DNA of 57,629 bases. Source: Girardia tigrina. Taxonomy: Eukaryota. Shown piece by piece: positions 11,441-24,060 of the stretch; within the stretch, counting starts at the first letter, position 1, and every line of letters starts with the position of its first letter. A program made the position numbers and the translations under genes. A model generated the notes under the pieces. The model saw only the letters and a list, made by a program, of their open reading frames with translations, had not been told where the DNA came from and searched no databases. Location of the stretch: assembly GCA_001938485.1 (NCBI GenBank), contig MQRK01250234.1, positions 74,680 through 132,308 on the forward strand. The letters run 5' to 3'.

Positions 11441-13095
11441 AAACTCTTTCATCATGTTCATCAACTGATCATCGACCTTACCTCCGTATAGGTCCGTTAT
11501 CATTTTCAATCTGTCTTCATTGGATGGGCTATCTCTTATCATAAATACATCACTATTTTGTATTGATTTCTTAATCAGCTTTATCCCAAAATTATCCAAA
11601 AAGTTCACTCCTGCTATCATTTCTGGGTTCATTCCCTTGACAACAAAGACTTTAATATTTTTTGGTTGTCTTAAATTTTAATCTTCAAGAGTACTGTTCC
11701 ATAATTTATTAATTCCGAAGCATTTGCGCATGCTAAACGTCTTCGCTATTCTATAATCCTAATATTTGGTATGTTTTTAATTAAACTTGCTTCAATCACA
11801 TTTACTCTAGCACCGGTGTCTAAAAGACAGTGTACTTCTCTATCTTTAATGTAAAAGTCTATACTTGGTCTACCATCCAGTTTGTCATATTTAATGTTAA
11901 GCTTTGTTTTTTTTAAATTTCTTCATTCTTCGTTTTGTTTCTTTTTTCTTCCATTTTACTACTAAAACAGTTTCCTTCACATTCTTCTTTCCAACAATCT
12001 AATTTACAAACTTCCAAGGGGTTATTTCCAGTCATACAATTACATATACAATCACACACTCATTCACATACACAATCACACACACCATCATACTTATTTT
12101 TATCATTTAGTGAAGCACATTGATCACCTCTCCTTGTGATCATGCCTCCTCGTTTCCCTGTTCCTTTTCATACATTAGTCTCATCTGGGAAGACCCTTTC
12201 AGTTAACTTTCTTTGATTTGATCTAGTCTTGTCGTATTCGCTGTCGTCATTCATCAATTTCCGAAACTGGGTATTGACGATTTTGGGGTCTATTATGGTA
12301 TCCTGCATTATTTTTTTTCTTCCAATCGCTGTTTCTACTGTACTGTTCTCTTTTCTTAAATCTATTCTTGTTGAGATAACATTGAGTTCTATAATGGTCA
12401 TTTCTGTTGCAGTTAGTACACTTCACATTTGGGCAATCTCTTCTTATGTGGTCTTCTTCTTGACATGCATAACATTTTACAGTTCTTTAATAATTGTTTT
12501 TCGGTTTAAATCAATTATTTCCATGGTTCCTATTGTTGTGTTCGTAATGTCTATGTGGGGTTCTTTCGTTGTGTACAGAATTGCGTCTAGTTACAGTGTT
12601 CCAATTATCTTGTTTATTTACCGTCGTATATGCTGCCACTGTTTCCTCACTTTCCATTTTACGTAGTTCGTACATATTAGTAACTACACTTTATATATCT
12701 TTGGTTTCATTTGTTCCTCTCAGTTTTAATTCTTTTTTGATTTCATAACTGTCAACCATATTTAAACAGGCAAGGTTGAGTAGTTCTTTTTTAGACAATT
12801 TTTCTTTTGTTAGTATTTTCACAAGTTGCTCTGCTTTTTTGTATGTTTCTTTTTGGTTGGATGATCCCCACCGTAAGTTTATCAACTCCTTTATTGTATC
12901 CAGAATTTTTTTCTTTTATTTTTTTCTTTATTTTTCCACCGATGTCTTAATTTCTTTCCATATATTATTTCTGCTGGTGTGATACCTGTCGTGGCTTGAA
13001 TGGTACTATTCATCATAAATTCTATTTCTGATAATACTTCCGTCCAATCTCTATGTAGTCCATCCTTTATTCTGATATTAAGAGCATCTAATCTC
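11441..13095 (-). mobile_element. Ty3/Gypsy remnant: integrase tail, gag with two CCHC knuckles, Cys-rich spacer, aspartic protease
   Basis: DWTEVLSEIEFMMNSTIQATTGITPAEIIYG (IN, about 12955-13090); CYACQEEDHIRRDC and CTNCNRNDHYRTQC (12379-12474); DGRPSIDFYIKDREVHCLLDTGARVNVI (PR, about 11790-11880). Confidence 0.88.
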
Positions 13096-14359
13096 TAATG
13101 CATCTTTGATTTTATTATCTGAAGAAATATTCCATTGGCGAGATTTAGTGCAAAAGTTAAGAGGATTGTCTATTCATTGGTTTAGAAGGTTAATGATAAG
13201 ATTTAATTTGAACTGAAATGATTGTTTCGATTACTTTAAGGATATCTTTTGAAAACTGACATAAATGGAAAGAGTTATAAATCTTATTATTTATTTATTT
13301 TTATTCATATTCCGTAGAAAATTGATTCTTTAAATTTCTCTAATTAAAATAATATTAATATTACAATTTTAAAATATAATAATACTAAAATTTTATTATA
13401 CAATACCTAAATTAATAATGTTATGATTAATAAAGAAATGATAAATAAATAACAAATATACTGTAATAAATATGCAAATATTATAATATAATAATAACAC
13501 ATAACAAAAGAATAAATAATGTTTTTTTTAATTTTAAAATAAAAATGAATATATTGGTTGATAGATCGATTATTACAATACTTATAATCTATTTTTAAAT
13601 AAATAATAATTGATAAAATCAAAAAATAAAATTTTAAATAATTGATTTTTTATATTAAAATATTATATTAAGATAAAAACAGAAGTTCTTTCTTTTATTT
13701 ATTTTACAAAACAAATTAATAAAAATTTTACAAAAAAATTCAAATTTAAAGAATATTCAAAACTTAAAAATTACATTTGAAAAGAAAAAGCTTTTATTCT
13801 TTCTTTATTTTAATAAATTGTTTTAATGAGCTCAAAATATAAATCTTTAATATAATTAAAAAAAGAAAAGTGAAATGAAAATGATAAAATACAAAATCGT
13901 AAATTTTTCTTTGTTCTTTCAAAACGTTTATTTTTCAACATAAAAAAATTGAAATTTTGAAATAAAATTTTACTTTGATTTTATAGAGAATTTCTTATTT
14001 TCTCGTAATTAAATGAAACAAAATTTTATCTTTTATATAATTTTCCAAAAGCATTTTGAATTTATTTCACTAATCAAGATTTTTTTCTGAAAAATATTTT
14101 TTTGAAGAACAATAAATATCAATTACGAATGGTTTTAATTTTCATCATATTTTTTGAAATAATTTAATTATAAAATGGTCAAATATAAATTATGAGCACT
14201 TTAATAAATTTTTCCCTAATCAAATATATTTTTTCTCAATGTGTTCAAAAATGGTATTTCAGTTTATATATATATATATGCATATAATATATATATATAT
14301 ATANNNNNNNNNNNNNNNNNNNNNNNNNNNNNNNNNNNNNNNNNNNNNNNNNNATATGC

Positions 14360-14415
<56 letters not shown>

Positions 14416-14417
14416 TA

Positions 14418-14823
14418 CAGTCAGGTGCAAAATTTTGTGAACTCTTGTTGTTAAATTGTTTTTTGCACCCAACTGCAATTATATTGACAAAAACACACCA
14501 AAATATTTTTTTACAATAGTCTGGTGACACATTTTGAGTCCAAACAGTTTCCACTGCTTTGATCATGTCCTGCAGGGAATTTGGGTGCATGAGAGCAACC
14601 TGTTTCTTCACCTGAGTCCAGGCATTCTCAATCGGATTGAGATCCCGTGCGTTTCCTGGCCAAGGACCAAGAATTTGGAAGCATGACTGCGTTAACCACT
14701 CTTGAACAGCGTCGACATTGTGGCAAGGTGCTCCATCATGCTGAAAGAAGGTCGTTCTGTGTAGCTCCAGCAGTATAAAAAGCAGTATAGAAACAAGCGT
14801 TCACAAACTTTTCCACCTGACTG
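14418..14823 (-). mobile_element. Internally deleted Tc1-family transposon (D35E spacing, Traveler-like), 406 bp
   Basis: 25-bp TIRs CAGTCAGGTG(C/G)AAAA(T/G)TTTGTGAAC (23/25), TA flanks within (TA)n. Retains FQHDGAPCH...LGPWPGNARDLNPIENAW with 35 residues between D and E. Confidence 0.9.
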
Positions 14824-14883
14824 TATATATATATATATATATTTGAAAAATAATTTTTTAAAGCTTATTCTAAGAAATCGATT

Positions 14884-15110
14884 ATTATATATATTTTGGA
14901 AATTCTTTTTCTATCATCGGCAATTACATTTGTAAGTTATAATATTACGTTTTTGTAAAGTTAGTTTAAAAGGCATCATTTATTTATTTATTTATCTTAA
15001 TATAAGATTTTATACGAAAATATTGGCAAAATGTTTTAAAAATTTCAATTAAAGATTTTTACATTTGAAACAGTTTTACTTGGAATATTTGAATGTTCAT
15101 TGATGATTTG
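14884..15110 (-). mobile_element. Decayed PLE 3' end with degenerate hammerhead (14884-14924)
   Basis: ATTG-CCGATGA-T-AGAAA(aagaa)TTTCC-AAA-ATATAT-A-TAAT keeps the layout but has core mutations. Upstream KSSMNIQ...VKIFN resembles the GIY-YIG C-terminus. Confidence 0.5.
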
Positions 15111-15149
15111 TAGTGTTTTTTAATTAATGATTCTCAAATGCCGCTCATA

Positions 15150-15640
15150 ATGTGAATCGAAACCATTCTGTAAAACAGAAAACTTATTCTTTGAATCAGA
15201 AGAGATTTTATTTTTACATTGTATCCAAGATGAGGAATCTTTGCGATTGACTTTATTGCAAATTCTCACTAAAACGGTTTTTGAAAAGATAATTTGTCTC
15301 TTCAATTTACTAGTTGTTACACCCGTGACAATGACATTTATAAACCAATTTACGAAAGGAGTCAACACATAAAGAAATGGATATTGCACCCTTCCGCACC
15401 CTTATTTTTTATAACCACGAAACCCATCCATTTGTTTTTTGACAACGCCAAACGCAGTCATAAACACATTCAAAATCCTCAATCCTTATTCGAATATCAA
15501 CAAATTTATCGAGATAATCGTTCCAGAATAGACGAAGAATCTCTTATTATAACGAATATATTTTCTTACAAATCTCCATCTGATTATACTATTAACGAGT
15601 GATATATTAATCGACTTTGGGACAAAATATTTTATTTTCC
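15150..15640 (+). mobile_element. Possible highly decayed BEL/Pao integrase remnant
   Basis: YTRDND and IKKWILHPSAPLF resemble IYSDNG and IxWxFxPPxAPxF; a later RLWDK is in the expected order. Confidence 0.3.
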
Positions 15641-17779
15641 TATCCTCCTTTTTTTCGTTTGTAGTTAAATTAATATAATCTTTGTTAACAATTATTTGAT
15701 TATTTTTATTTATTGTTAAGAGTAGTTTTACTACATACCTTTATTTGTTAGTAAAATTAATTTGATAATTTTCATTCAAAATGTACAAATTAAAGCCGTT
15801 TATAATCCTAAAATCTTTAACGTTTTAAGCTTTAAGATTTTTGAAGATTTCTAATTTTTTTAAACTAGTAAAAATTTTAAGGAAAGCTTAGGATTTCATT
15901 AAAATAAAATGAAGCAGTCTTACCACAAGTTATTAATAAACATTTTTGAGATAAATAAGTGATTGTAATATTTTTCAATTATTTAATTAATATTAATAAA
16001 TTATAAATTTTTACAAAAAAGCAATGTACATGAATGTCAAAATTAAAATTAATAACACCGACAACAATGACTGTAGATCCAAAAAAATAAATGTTCGTCT
16101 TTGTTTAGTCTTTTGTAATGTTAATAATTTAATATGCCCCTGTTGATCTTGATTGAATATGGTTCTTAATTTGACTGACAGTAAATAGGTACAGGCCACT
16201 GTTGATTAATTTGATTCGAGTAATAATCCTGCAACCGATTTCTATCGTTCTTAATGGTAGTATTTAATTCAAATTTTTATATTGATTTTTTTATCGATCT
16301 CGTTCTTTTAATATTGCCCTTGACAATCATATATTGATTTTTGTTTTTTTATATATTGCTAACATATATAATATAACATTTATATAATGCCTGACAAAAA
16401 AACTGAATAAAATAAATAATACACACAAAAATAAAAGTAAATAAATAAATAAAGATAATTTACAACATAAGAGACACCGAATACAAAAAATAATAACACA
16501 CGCCCAAAAAAACATTCAAAAGCAAATATATGAAATAAGTAGGGCACTACTAAGTAAAATTTATTTATTAAATTTATTTAACTATGATACTTATTCCACT
16601 CAATCTTACAACGATCAAAGGTTTGTTCCAATAATAAGTATAATAACACGGTCAAAAAATCAATAATTTAAACATTGGTAGCATGAGTCGCCGAAGAGTT
16701 AAGAGAGGTTTTCGACAACTTTTAATTAATTAATTAATTAATTTAATTTCAGTAATGGAAGATACACTTAAGAAAGGTGGTGTCGTAAAGTTATAAATCA
16801 AGTCATAGTACCTGAACAATAATAATTATTTTATCTTTTAAATGACTAACATTTTACACAAAAAATAATCCTTCATAAAATGGCTGTTAAAATAATTAAA
16901 ATAAATTTCAATTAATTAAAAACTAAAAAAATCATCATCAGGAAATTAGGACAAACTCAATTTTTATTAAATTATAAAAATTATTTTACTAAAATAAATA
17001 ATTTTCTTTCAATTGAGACAAAAGCAATAAATATTTAATTGAATTTTAAATGTATTTTTTTTTGTTTCAGTTTCTTTGAATTAAGATAAAATAATTAATA
17101 TTAATTCATTAAAATTCAATATTTTAATAGAATCAAATAATGAAATATACAATTTTATATATTTTATGAAACATTTTAGTAAAGCTTTTTATATTTTGGA
17201 AACAAATAGAATATTCAAAACAGAAAACAGAACATTTTTTCGTAAAATTATGTTCTAATTATTGCCTGAGTTAATTATCTTTTTTGAATATTTAATCGTT
17301 TTGAAACAGGTGAAGCACTTATCAAAATTGTTATGTCTCTCCGGCAAATTCACATTTTTGTCAACAAAAAAATATTTTCAAACATATCTTTATATATAAA
17401 TTTGAAAAAAAATTAAAGTAAGAACAATTATAATATGTAATTATACAAATAAAAAATATATAAGTTCGATTAACAATAAAATAATAAAAAATGAAATTAG
17501 AGCTCAAATTTTAATTTATTTCAGATAAATTGAATATTGACTGTAAAACAATCATGAAATTGAAAATTAAAAATGATAAAAAACTATCATTATCATACAT
17601 CGAAAATATCAGCTATCATTTAACACAAGTGGTTTTCAATCAGTGTTCCCCCAGTACACTCCAGGGGTTCCTCAATTTCTAAATTTTAAAATTAGAAGAG
17701 CGAACAAATAAACATGTTAAATTCTATTTAGAAAATTTATTTTATTATTATTATTTGTGGTTTAAATATAATAATAAGC

Positions 17780-18110
17780 CTGCGCCGACTGGAATGGATA
17801 ACTGAGAATTACAAACTGCATTACCAGCATTTGAGTACAGGGTAGTGAGCCATAGACTCTGTATCGGGTAGAAAGCATTAATAAACAATACAGAGCCTAT
17901 TGACTTTTTCGTATGGCTTTAGATGCAAGAATAAGGGCTTTCAGTGCACAGGGCACGTTTCGATTTCACAGTCACGACGCCCAATTTGTGCGTTTCCGTC
18001 AGGATTGCTACATTTACATTCAGCTTTTCTAGAGCCATAGTAACACTCAAGACTTTCTGATCGTCGAACCTTCGAACATTCCATGTACCGACCTACTTCG
18101 AACCAAACAG
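17780..18110 (-). mobile_element. LINE apurinic endonuclease N-terminal fragment
   Basis: VGTWNVRRFDDQKVLSVTMALEKLNVNVAILTETH matches the APE motifs GTWNVR and LxET. Confidence 0.7.
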
Positions 18111-19687
18111 TGAATTCAAACTAGTAGGACATCAGTATTACTGAAGCTAGTTAATTAGATCTAAGGATCTTATCAACTCCATTACGCAATCTCGTGAAAT
18201 ATTATGACAGAGAAATAAATAAAACTATATAACGATAACTATATTAAATTCAATCTGTAAACAGAAAGAATGGAAGAGAAAAAGTTATTTCTATCACACA
18301 AAAAAAGACAGTCGTATAGGAAAAAATCAAACATCACAGAACTGATCACCAAAAATGTGAATTACTTTTAAGACTGATCTTGGCCAGAGACACCTTGGTT
18401 GATACGAGAGATTCACGGAAAAAAGACTAGAGTAACGTCGATTCTCGCTCTCTCTGGTTTTCGAATGGTGACACTGGGTAAAGGAAATCGGATTGATGTT
18501 TTTTTTTCTATTTTTGAGTTTGCAACAGCTCGCTCGATCGTATATTACGATCGACTTGGTAATATTGGCAGGATACATTTTCCCGTTCTACGACACAAAT
18601 TGTTTCCGTGGCGTTAGGGATCAGTAGAATTAATCAATTTACTGATAAGCAGGTATCACGGATGGTTAGTTTTGCTTGACAATTGTCCAAATAGCAAATA
18701 TTACTTGAATTAATATTTTTATTTCGAATTAATATTTCTGATCGTTTAATCGATCAGTTTTTTAATTTTAAATTTAAATTCTAATATTGCTACTGACAAT
18801 ATTAAAATTTAATTACTATTGTCATAATAAAATCATAATAAAACATTGACCACAATAAAAACTGATAAAAATAAATACAAAAAATATAAATACAGAACCA
18901 ACATACAAAAAAAACTCATACGGAGTAAAATAAAATAAAAAAACAATAATTGCAGGCAAAAAAAATAAATTTATTGTTACAGACAAAAAATGAAAAATTA
19001 TATACGCACACACTCAACACCCAGACGGAATGGTGCGCTGTCAAAAACCAAAGTCCGCCACAATCAGTACGTTCCCACTTAGCCTGAGATCCTATTATTT
19101 AGTGAGAGATCCAAACATATTAAAATATGCAGCTACCGTAATTGATTTTTGTCTTTATTTCTGAAAAATGTTCGAAGATCATTTCATATAGGCAATAATG
19201 CCACAAAATAATGTCCTGATAAAAGGTCTATTTTGTCTTTCTTGATCATTCAGAAATTTAAACATTCAGACTGTGTTTTCAAAAAGTATTCATTTATTAC
19301 ACGAGAATTACTGGCCCCCTTAATAAGAGTCTGGGCCCCCCCCACAAAATATATCATGGCACGAGGCTGTTAATATATTAATATTTCAAATATATAATGA
19401 TGAAAATTATTCGTAATTAATGATTCTGTGAACTTGAAGGTCGTTTTTCGAGACTTTTATATTGAATCAATAGTTTTAAAAATAGTACTTTTAATTGAAT
19501 AATTATATTTAAAATTGTGCAGAGTCTTTTTTTAACTCTGATATATTTTTTCTTTCCTAAAATGAAGAAAATATTCATGAAAGGTGGTTGATAGAAAATA
19601 GTTTACAAAATAGAAAGTAGAATAGAAAAAAATAGAAAAAAGAATACAAAATAATTAATCGATTTTTAATTTTACACCTAATTGACA

Positions 19688-19980
19688 AAAATTCTGTGTA
19701 ATCGATTTAAAAATTACTGGGAGAGAGTAACGTGTGAGGCCTTATTAATAAGATCCATGGATCCAAAAATTAATATCCAAGCTTCACACTCAACTTCTCT
19801 GTTAAACATTTTCAAATAGAGCCTTTATTACATGATTGATTGCATAATCACCTTTCTCGTATATCAGCTGCAAAAAGCAGTGTTAATTTAGTCTGAAGAT
19901 GGCGGGTAATCCGCCGAAATTAATTACGAAAATAAATTGTGAAAAATGGAAAAAAAAGAAAAAGAAATTGACAAATAGTT
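19688..19980 (+). mobile_element. PLE 3' end (GIY-YIG C-terminus and 3' UTR)
   Basis: KILCNRFKNYWERVTCEALLIRSMDPKINIQASHSTSLLNIFK* (19688-19819), homologous to RVSCEALLIRSRCPKINVQS at 22.3 kb; hammerhead 68 nt downstream. Confidence 0.85.
19887..19931 (+). ncRNA. Minimal hammerhead ribozyme (PLE-type)
   Basis: TTTAGT-CTGAAGA-T-GGCGG(gtaat)CCGCC-GAA-ATTAAT-T-ACGAAA. Core intact, 5-bp GC stem II, palindromic stem III ATTAAT. Confidence 0.82.
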
Positions 19981-22239
19981 TAATATATGTAGTGATTGTA
20001 AAAATTATAAATAACTAAACGTAATTAATCTTTTTTTTAGTTAATGATAGCAGCTGAAACTAATAATCATAATAATAGTACACATAAGAGTCCCTCGAAA
20101 CTGTACATATCTAAAATTGAAATATTTCAGCAGCGAGACATTGAATGTTTCGTTACAGTGAAGAGCATTACATTCTACATCAATTAGAGAAGTTTTTCTC
20201 AATTTATAAATGATAATTTTAAGTTAACAATATAAATATGTGCCATTGAACTATTAAAAATTTTAATATTTTTATGTATTTTCATTTACCTTCTTCGAAG
20301 ATCATTTCTCATGACATTCTCGCATACGCTTGTAATCCTCTTGAGGGTCATTGGCCCAGGTTAAGAACCATTGGATTAGAATACAATTAGTTAGAAAGCA
20401 ATAGTAACAAAATTAAAACTTTAATCAAGTTAAAAAGATAATAGAAGACTTATCATATACAAACTATATTATTCTTCATTATTTAGAAACTATTCAGGTC
20501 TTTAAACGAACTATATTGTGTTGATAAAACAATATTTCTGAAAATTTAATTCGAAATTATTTAAGGTGTAAGTAAAATATGATTAAAAATTATTATTCCT
20601 ATTAAAATTAAAACTATTGAAGAAATAATTTTTCCTTAGTTATGGCTACTGAAACAAGTTTATATTTTGTGGAATTAAACGACTCACACAACGAGAGTTG
20701 AATATAAATGTTCTAAACCTCGATATAGCCCAACTGTGACTCCTTGAGTAGAGGTTGGGACAATTTTGAAAAAAATACTTTTAATTTAACTTGAAGTCCT
20801 ATAAAATAATAAATTGTAAAACATGTGTTTTTCTAATCTAAAAGGATTAGTCTTACGTGATTTAAAATTATTCATATTCTTTTTCTACGCTATTAATATG
20901 ATTTTTTCTGTCAATAATCCTTGTTAAAATACTTTATTATACATGCAATATTTTATTAAGTTTATTTATTATTTATTTTATGACATTTATTTATTTTAAT
21001 ATTTGTTTTAACATTTATTAGTAGATATAGATTATTTAAATTGTTATTAATGTTACTATAATTTGTATTATTTTGTATCGATTGATATTAGTTTTTAAAC
21101 CTTTTAATTGTTGAAAAATATTTTTTTTATTCTAATGGTAGAATATTATTTATCATAAATATTCAATTATTTATATATTTGATATTTTGAGTTATAATTT
21201 TATATCAGTTCTTCAATGTACGCCATAAAATATTTATTTACATGGTTTCGATTTATACCATATATTAGTAACTTGACCCCTGACCTTTACGCAAAAGACC
21301 TTTACAAAAAAACCTTTACATCAAACCACAGATCAATCTGTTTTAACTATTATTAAAGGTTTGTCTAAATAAAAAAGTAATAAATATATTGAATATATAA
21401 TATATTTTTGTCTTTCAATCTTCTCATTACATAAATATTTACCTGGTTTTACGACACATTTAATTCTGCGACATTTATGAACAGTCACTTTATCCCAAAA
21501 ACACTTAATCGCAGAACATAGAATTCGGCGACACTTATTCCTAAAAACATAAAAAGCAAGTAATAAATGTTGTAAAGCAATTGATAAACGAGTGTGATTT
21601 GGAGAAAGGACAATACATTTACCAAACTTAAATATGTTACTATTGCTCCAGCGGTCCCTTAAAGATTAACACATTTTTTTCAAAATTACATCGGTATTTT
21701 ACTTTGTACTTATTTACTTTTCGTATGTTTTATATTTAAAATGAAAAATATCAACCTTTTGTATTGACAAGATTTTCAAACATTAAATTATTTTCATTCC
21801 AATTTCTAATTATTTAGGAGTTATGTTGAATAAAATAATATTCTGTGAAAAGAATATATGAAAAATTCCATCAGAAATTTGTAGCTTTCCCGCTGGTTTC
21901 CACTGAAATAATAATAAACGTCTGTGTTATTGATTATTAAAAATAATTAATATGAAAATATTAAGTTATAATCACACAAATAAAAATGTATTTGATTAAT
22001 ATAATGATTATCTCTTTACATAAATGATATAATTTTCTTTTGAAAACATTGTAAAATACATTTACTTCTTTCACCGAACAAATGGAACTGAAACTTTACT
22101 AATTTTGTGAAGCTAGTTTACCAATAAGTTTAGATAGGTCAGCTATTCAATAATTGTGACTTCAACTTTAAAAATGCAATTTTTCTTATAAGCGCCGCTT
22201 AGTTGTAAAGTAATTTTTAAAGGCTTTTGAAAAACCAAA

Positions 22240-23000
22240 TAGCTCAAATTTCAATAAGCTGGTTGACATAACCGATTGAACATTGATTTTAGGGCAACGT
22301 GACCTAATTAGCAATGCTTCACACGACACTCTCCCAAAAACTATCAAAATGCGTACACAGAATTCTAAAATTTTTAATATTAAAATGTTTTCTCTCTTTT
22401 CGACCATGTTCTTGAATTCGTTTACAGAGATGACGGGCAGTCTCTCCAATGTATGTGGCATCGCACCAATTACATTTATATTCATAAACAATATCAGAAC
22501 AAAGTGTTAAAGGTGTAATAGATTAATTACTGAACATATTTTGAATTTTATGAGACCGTGATATAATTTTTAAATTTAATTTATTGTTAGTTGATTTTAA
22601 CAATGCATTTTTAAAGTTTTTAAATCCTTCAGAATAAGGTACAATTAAACAATATTTAGGCATATTATTAATATCTAATGATCCTTCGATTTCTTTCTTA
22701 GATCCATCAGGAGAAGCTAAACTCTCATTTTTCGAAATATCTTTCAAAAGTATTTTACCTACTGTTTCCTTTATTAATTTTTCCAGAAAAGATTTAGAAT
22801 AAGCATTCTGATTTAACAAAGAACTTAAATTATTAACACTTTTTACAGATTTAACAAAAGAGAAAGACAACAACCAGGAGCGATAAATGAAGCCTTTTAA
22901 CATGTTTCTTTTATACTTCGGTTCACAAAAACTGTCCGGTAAAGTATATAATCCTGTATCAGTTCGCATCCTATAAATTGCAGTTACGAGGCTTGAATCT
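22240..23000 (-). mobile_element. PLE fragment (RT thumb, linker, partly deleted GIY-YIG)
   Basis: YRMRTDTGLYTLPDSFCEPKYKRNMLKGFIYRSW...LIVPYSEGF...RVSCEALLIRSRCPKINVQ; highly similar at DNA level to 38909-39472. Confidence 0.88.
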
Positions 23001-23889
23001 GATAGGAAATTTGAAATTATAGAAAATCTCTACTTTAATATTTGTCCCTTTCAACAATTTTTTCTTAATGACTTTATAGAGGTTTTTATTTTTATTATGA
23101 ATCTAAGATTAAACTCGTGACTTTCTTCTATTTTATGTTTTATATATAACCCTTTCAAACCAAAACACTAGTATATTACTTGTATTTTTAGTATGGAATT
23201 TCACTGAATTATCCTATCCTACTGGCACAAAATGTTTGATTAACATTACCGATAGTGTATATTTAAAATCTATGAGGGCTCAGGAAATCAAGTTTGTGAG
23301 AAGTGGTTGCAACGTCTATATCAGAATTCATTTTTTTAAACACCAAAATTTATTTATATAACAATTCACATTTCTAAAACAAATTTTCTTGTTAATTTAA
23401 TTTAATTATCTCGACCCAAATTAATCCATTAAATTCTTTTCGATTTAATTTTTAAAATCCTGAAAATTTATTTCANNNNNNNNNNNNNNNNNNNNNNNNN
23501 NNNNNNNNNNNNNNNNNNNNNNNNNNNNNNNNNNNNNNNNNNNNNNNNNNNNNNNNNNNNNNNNNNNNNNNNNNNNNNNNNNNNNNNNNNNNNNNNNNNN
23601 NNNNNNNNNNNNNNNNNNNNNNNNNNNNNNNNNNNNNNNNNNNNNNNNNNNNNNNNNNNNNNNNNNNNNNNNNNATCATTTTTAATTTTAAAATATTGAA
23701 TAAGCATATTAACATAAAAATATTTTACCCTTTAAATTAAAAAAAAATAATAAACTATTCAGGCGAGATAAAAATTTAAATTAACCCCTCATAAAGTTTT
23801 TTTCAAAGACTACATTTTTGTTCCAAATAAAGATTTCTAGTCTCAAGTTAATTTTACTATATATTTTATATAAAAAACTCTATATCTTT

Positions 23890-24060
23890 TAATGGATGCC
23901 TTGGGACAGAAAAACATTGTATCTTCTAGATGAGTACAAGAATTCAAAACAAAAGTTTGCAGAATCGATACAAACAAGAAATGACATATACTTGCTATAA
24001 ACTTTCGTGGGAAACATTTTAATGAAGTTATGGAACATGGAAAACTATCAATGCTCTCGG
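23890..24060 (+). mobile_element. Possible BEL/Pao pol remnant
   Basis: MPWDRKTLYLLDEYKNSKQKFAES and KHFNEVMEHG resemble LPWKxxxxxLxxNYxxAxxR and YxxxFxExxxxG. Confidence 0.35.

Noticed and set aside
12229-12666. 145-aa hydrophobic ORF resembling a membrane protein
   Set aside because: It is the antisense shadow of the Gypsy gag with two zinc knuckles.
16668-16690. AACA-T-TGGTAGCATGAG as an LTR end plus PBS
   Set aside because: Imperfect PBS and no definable LTR start or internal domain.
18532-18552. Hairpin TCGATCGTA-tat-TACGATCGA
   Set aside because: Isolated 9-bp stem inside what looks like decayed retroelement coding DNA; no supporting context.
17626-20372. Pairing of hAT-like ends (CAAGTGGTTTTCAA and GGTTAAGAACCATTG) as one element; another orphan end near 42523
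   Set aside because: TIR match is poor and there is no 8-bp TSD; probably independent remnants.
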